A DNA stretch of 49,523 nucleotides from Chiloscyllium plagiosum. Its lineage: Eukaryota. Position 1 is the first letter of the stretch; each line of letters starts with the position of its first letter. Location: the NCBI RefSeq assembly GCF_004010195.1, contig NC_057757.1:8932980-8982502 (forward strand). The letters run 5' to 3'. Under the pieces are notes generated by a model that had not been told where the DNA came from, made no database searches, and saw only the letters and a list, made by a program, of their open reading frames with translations. This document shows, in pieces, positions 46,193 through 49,523 of the stretch. The position numbers were made by a program, and so were the translations under genes.

Positions 46193-48534
46193 NNNNNNNN
46201 NNNNNNNNNNNNNNNNNNNNNNNNNNNNNNNNNNNNNNNNNNNNNNNNNNNNNNNNNNNNNNNNNNNNNNNNNNNNNNNNNNNNNNNNNNNNNNNNNNNN
46301 NNNNNNNNNNNNNNNNNNNNNNNNNNNNNNNNNNNNNNNNNNNNNNNNNNNNNNNNNNNNNNNNNNNNNNNNNNNNNNNNNNNNNNNNNNNNNNNNNNNN
46401 NNNNNNNNNNNNNNNNNNNNNNNNNNNNNNNNNNNNNNNNNNNNNNNNNNNNNNNNNNNNNNNNNNNNNNNNNNNNNNNNNNNNNNNNNNNNNNNNNNNN
46501 NNNNNNNNNNNNNNNNNNNNNNNNNNNNNNNNNNNNNNNNNNNNNNNNNNNNNNNNNNNNNNNNNNNNNNNNNNNNNNNNNNNNNNNNNNNNNNNNNNNN
46601 NNNNNNNNNNNNNNNNNNNNNNNNNNNNNNNNNNNNNNNNNNNNNNNNNNNNNNNNNNNNNNNNNNNNNNCTGGAGGTTGGCATATAGACACTGCCCTGG
46701 CTCAGGGGGAAGAGCCGTTGGATAATTTGCACCAAGAGGACGTCGCAACTTGGAGGGTTAGATTGTCTGATTTTGGTCAGTGCTCAGAGACAGGAGAGTG
46801 TGATTATGAGTGAGGTATGGACAGGGACACAGACAGCCGCAGAACAGGAGCCTCACTTTTTGGCAAGAGTAACAACTGTGACACCAGAGGAACCGAAAGC
46901 CAATCAAGTGGGAGAAACGGAGAGCAATAGAATTGTAGTCGGGGTCTCACAGGGATCGTCACCGAACGTGAGTCCAGGAGGCTGTGTTCCCTTCCCTTGC
47001 TGGGGTTCAGAGTCTATGGTCAGGGCTAAAGACAAGTCTGCAATGGGATGGGCAGGATGCATGTAGGTACAAGCAACATATACCAGGCAAGAAACAAGGT
47101 TCAACCTGGTCACTGTCAGGAGCTCGGTGTCGAATGAAGAAGCTGAAACCTCAGACATCTGGATTAATATCGATGCCAAGTGTTAATTGGCACAGAGCCA
47201 ATCAGATTAGGGAGAGCCATTGATGGCTCAAAGACGAGTGTGGGAGAGTTGGGTTCTGGTTCTCTCATCACAGATGCTACCAGACCTACTGAGGTTATGT
47301 TTCAAATTTCCAGTGACAGCAGTCTCTACTCTGTAGTTCGATCGCTGTTACCTCTCTTTGGTCTATAACACCAGACTCCATCACTCGCTCGTTAAATCTG
47401 TTCAATTCCATCCTCCACTTTCTGCTACTTCTTGCTAATATTAATAATGGCCTACCTGCGCCCAATGCTGTTCACTGGTATCATCCTCACACTCTCTGCC
47501 AAATCCAAAATTGTTGCAAAGAAAATGGTCACATTTTTTCTCGGTATTGAATGTCAAAAGCATTCATATATAAATATATATAAAACAAGAATAAAATGCT
47601 GAGCCTTGCAATAAAAGCAACATGGCTTCCACTCTGCTGGCTGCCAGTTACAGTGATTTATGATCACAGCACGTTTCTGTCCGAATGCAGTCTTTCTCCA
47701 CGGTGGCCTTCTGCAATTCATTACAATAGCTTCAGTTTTTAACCAGACTCTCAGGTAATGATTTGTGAAACACTTGGCACAGCCGTACCTGCATTAATCA
47801 TTTATTTTCTTTCATCAGGCACAGTCACAAATGGGGAGGGTTATTTCAAGTGTACACAGCCCTGGTGTTAAACTGACCTGCCTGTATTCTCTGGAATGTA
47901 CTCTTATAATCTTGAGAAAGGTGTCCCATTCTCCAGTTTGTGTGTTGGGTCAGGGGGGCTGGGTTGAGCTGCATTTTCTGGTTTTATGAAGCAGAAAAGA
48001 ACATTTCAAAATGTTTCTATATTAAAGAGGAAAGCATGGAATTGTCCAGAGTTTGCTGTTAGATGGTTAAAAAGGAAAGGAGTTACAAAAATGAACGCTG
48101 GTCCATCAAAAAGTGAGGCTGCGGAATGAAGGAGGTGGGAAGGGAATTGGACAATCATTTTGCCTTCAGCAAAAGCAGCAATTAGTGGAAGAACTCAGCA
48201 GGTCTGGCAGTATCTGTGGAGGGAAAGTAGAGTCAACAGTAGCATGAAGAAGGTGGTATGTAAATGCTGGTCTTCATTTCAGGGAGAAATGTTAGATCCC
48301 AGAAATAGTCACAAATCAGGAAGTGCCATGCAGAGAGGAGTTAAATATATTTCCAATAAAGATATTTGGAATTGTGCACTGAAAATCCCCAGGATCCAGA
48401 TGGACACCATCCTTTTGGGTCCAATAGAAGTGAGGTAATTGGCTCATTGGCTCTCACTTACCGACATTCATTGATTTGGACCCAGTTCCATTAGATTGGA
48501 ATGTAATAAATATAACGCTTACGTTGTGTGGAAT

Positions 48535-48625
48535 CCCTGCACACAGATGGTACGCGGAGGGTTGGAATTAATCCCAGGTCCCCGGCACTGCGAAGTAACA
48601 GTGCTAACCACTGAGCCACCGTATT
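48535..48625 (-). mobile_element. tRNA-derived SINE 5' fragment (HE1-like head)
   Basis: Reverse complement cggtggctcagtggttagcactgttacttcgcagtgccgggacctggg. Confidence 0.65.
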
Positions 48626-49365
48626 ACCTCAGAGTAGAGCTCTGAGGTGCAGAGGGACCTGGGTGTACGAGTGCAAGAATTACAGAAGGTTAAGATTGCA
48701 GGTACAACAAGTAATCAGGGAAACTCATAGGATATTATTGTTTAGAGAACTGAATACAAAAGTAGGGAGGTTACCCTTGAATTATACAGGGGACTGGAGT
48801 AGTGTCCTGCAGATGAGGTCCTGCAGAATGATGGGGTATCAGGGAAGAGAGGTCGCCACAGGAAAGGGGGAATTTAATGAGGGCCATTCAGGGCAGATCC
48901 TGAGGAGCCCACAGCACCATTTCACAAGGGGGAAAGTTGGGCGAGCCACAATGGGCCAAATGTCCTCTCCCTGGGGCTTGAGGTGACAGGGATTCTGTGA
49001 CTGGGATCTTGCTGTGCGTCGGGGGTCGGAGGTGCAACCACAGGCTGTCCATCTACACAAAAACATTTACCCCCAAAGTCCAGGGGGTGGTGCTGAGAGA
49101 TAGAGAGAGTGTATCCAGGACATGGAGGGAGTTTATGTGGGGGGCTAATGGAGGGGGAGGGTCGGCACAAAAAGGGCACTGAATAATGGGGGGGGGTAAA
49201 GCAGGGGTGAAAACTGGGAACGGGAGTCACATAATTGCGGTGGATGTACTACTTGGGGTAGGGGCATCTAAATAAGGGGCGGGGGTTACACAATGAGGGC
49301 AATTTTGTTCCCACACCCCCATTTTTGAACCTCTGCCTCCGTGGGTGCCCCAATCAGCACAGGTA

Positions 49366-49523
49366 AGATTAGATTAGATTAGATTACTTACAGTGTGGAA
49401 ACAAGCCCTTCGGCCCAACAAGTCCACACTGACCCACCGAAGCGGAACCCAACCATACCCCTACATTTATCCCTTACCTAACACTACGGCCAATTCACCT
49501 GACCTGCACATCTTTGGACTCTG
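49366..49523 (-). mobile_element. HE1-type V-SINE 3' half (truncated by the window end)
   Basis: (AGATT)n tail and the reverse complement of the 35330-35483 sequence. Confidence 0.92.

Noticed and set aside
46671..47180. Possible retroelement ORF remnant after the last gap
   Set aside because: No convincing RT, integrase or endonuclease motif in any frame examined.
48900..49340. G-run-rich segment as a functional G-quadruplex element
   Set aside because: G-runs are present but irregular, and nothing in the sequence supports function.

Overview
Repeat-dense vertebrate genomic DNA, almost certainly from a shark or ray (inferred from HE1-type V-SINEs with CR1/HER1-like LINEs), with four assembly gaps (6590-6675, 30348-30847, 38313-39249, 46193-46670). 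No intact protein-coding gene is supported. The unique sequence holds three disrupted rhodopsin-class GPCR genes of the GPR139/GPR142-like type. Two of them (minus at about 11.4-12.3 kb, plus at about 21.1-22.0 kb) lie in an old inverted duplication. The third (35652-37223) keeps a clean two-exon structure but has a frameshifting internal deletion. Most of the remainder is nested mobile DNA: many CR1 LINE pieces (one with an ORF1 esterase), several Penelope-like elements and short derivatives carrying minimal hammerhead-ribozyme motifs, a Gypsy remnant with the Gmr1-type integrase-before-RT order plus related LTRs and a gag fragment, tRNA-derived SINEs, and an LTR-like promoter cassette with tandem E-boxes. 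Other points: a 4 x 77-bp tandem array built from a decayed tRNA-Gly(TCC), a 37-bp minisatellite, and a run of plus-strand splice signals including a 14-nt micro-exon candidate. All family calls are by eye; no searches were run, and TE boundaries are approximate.
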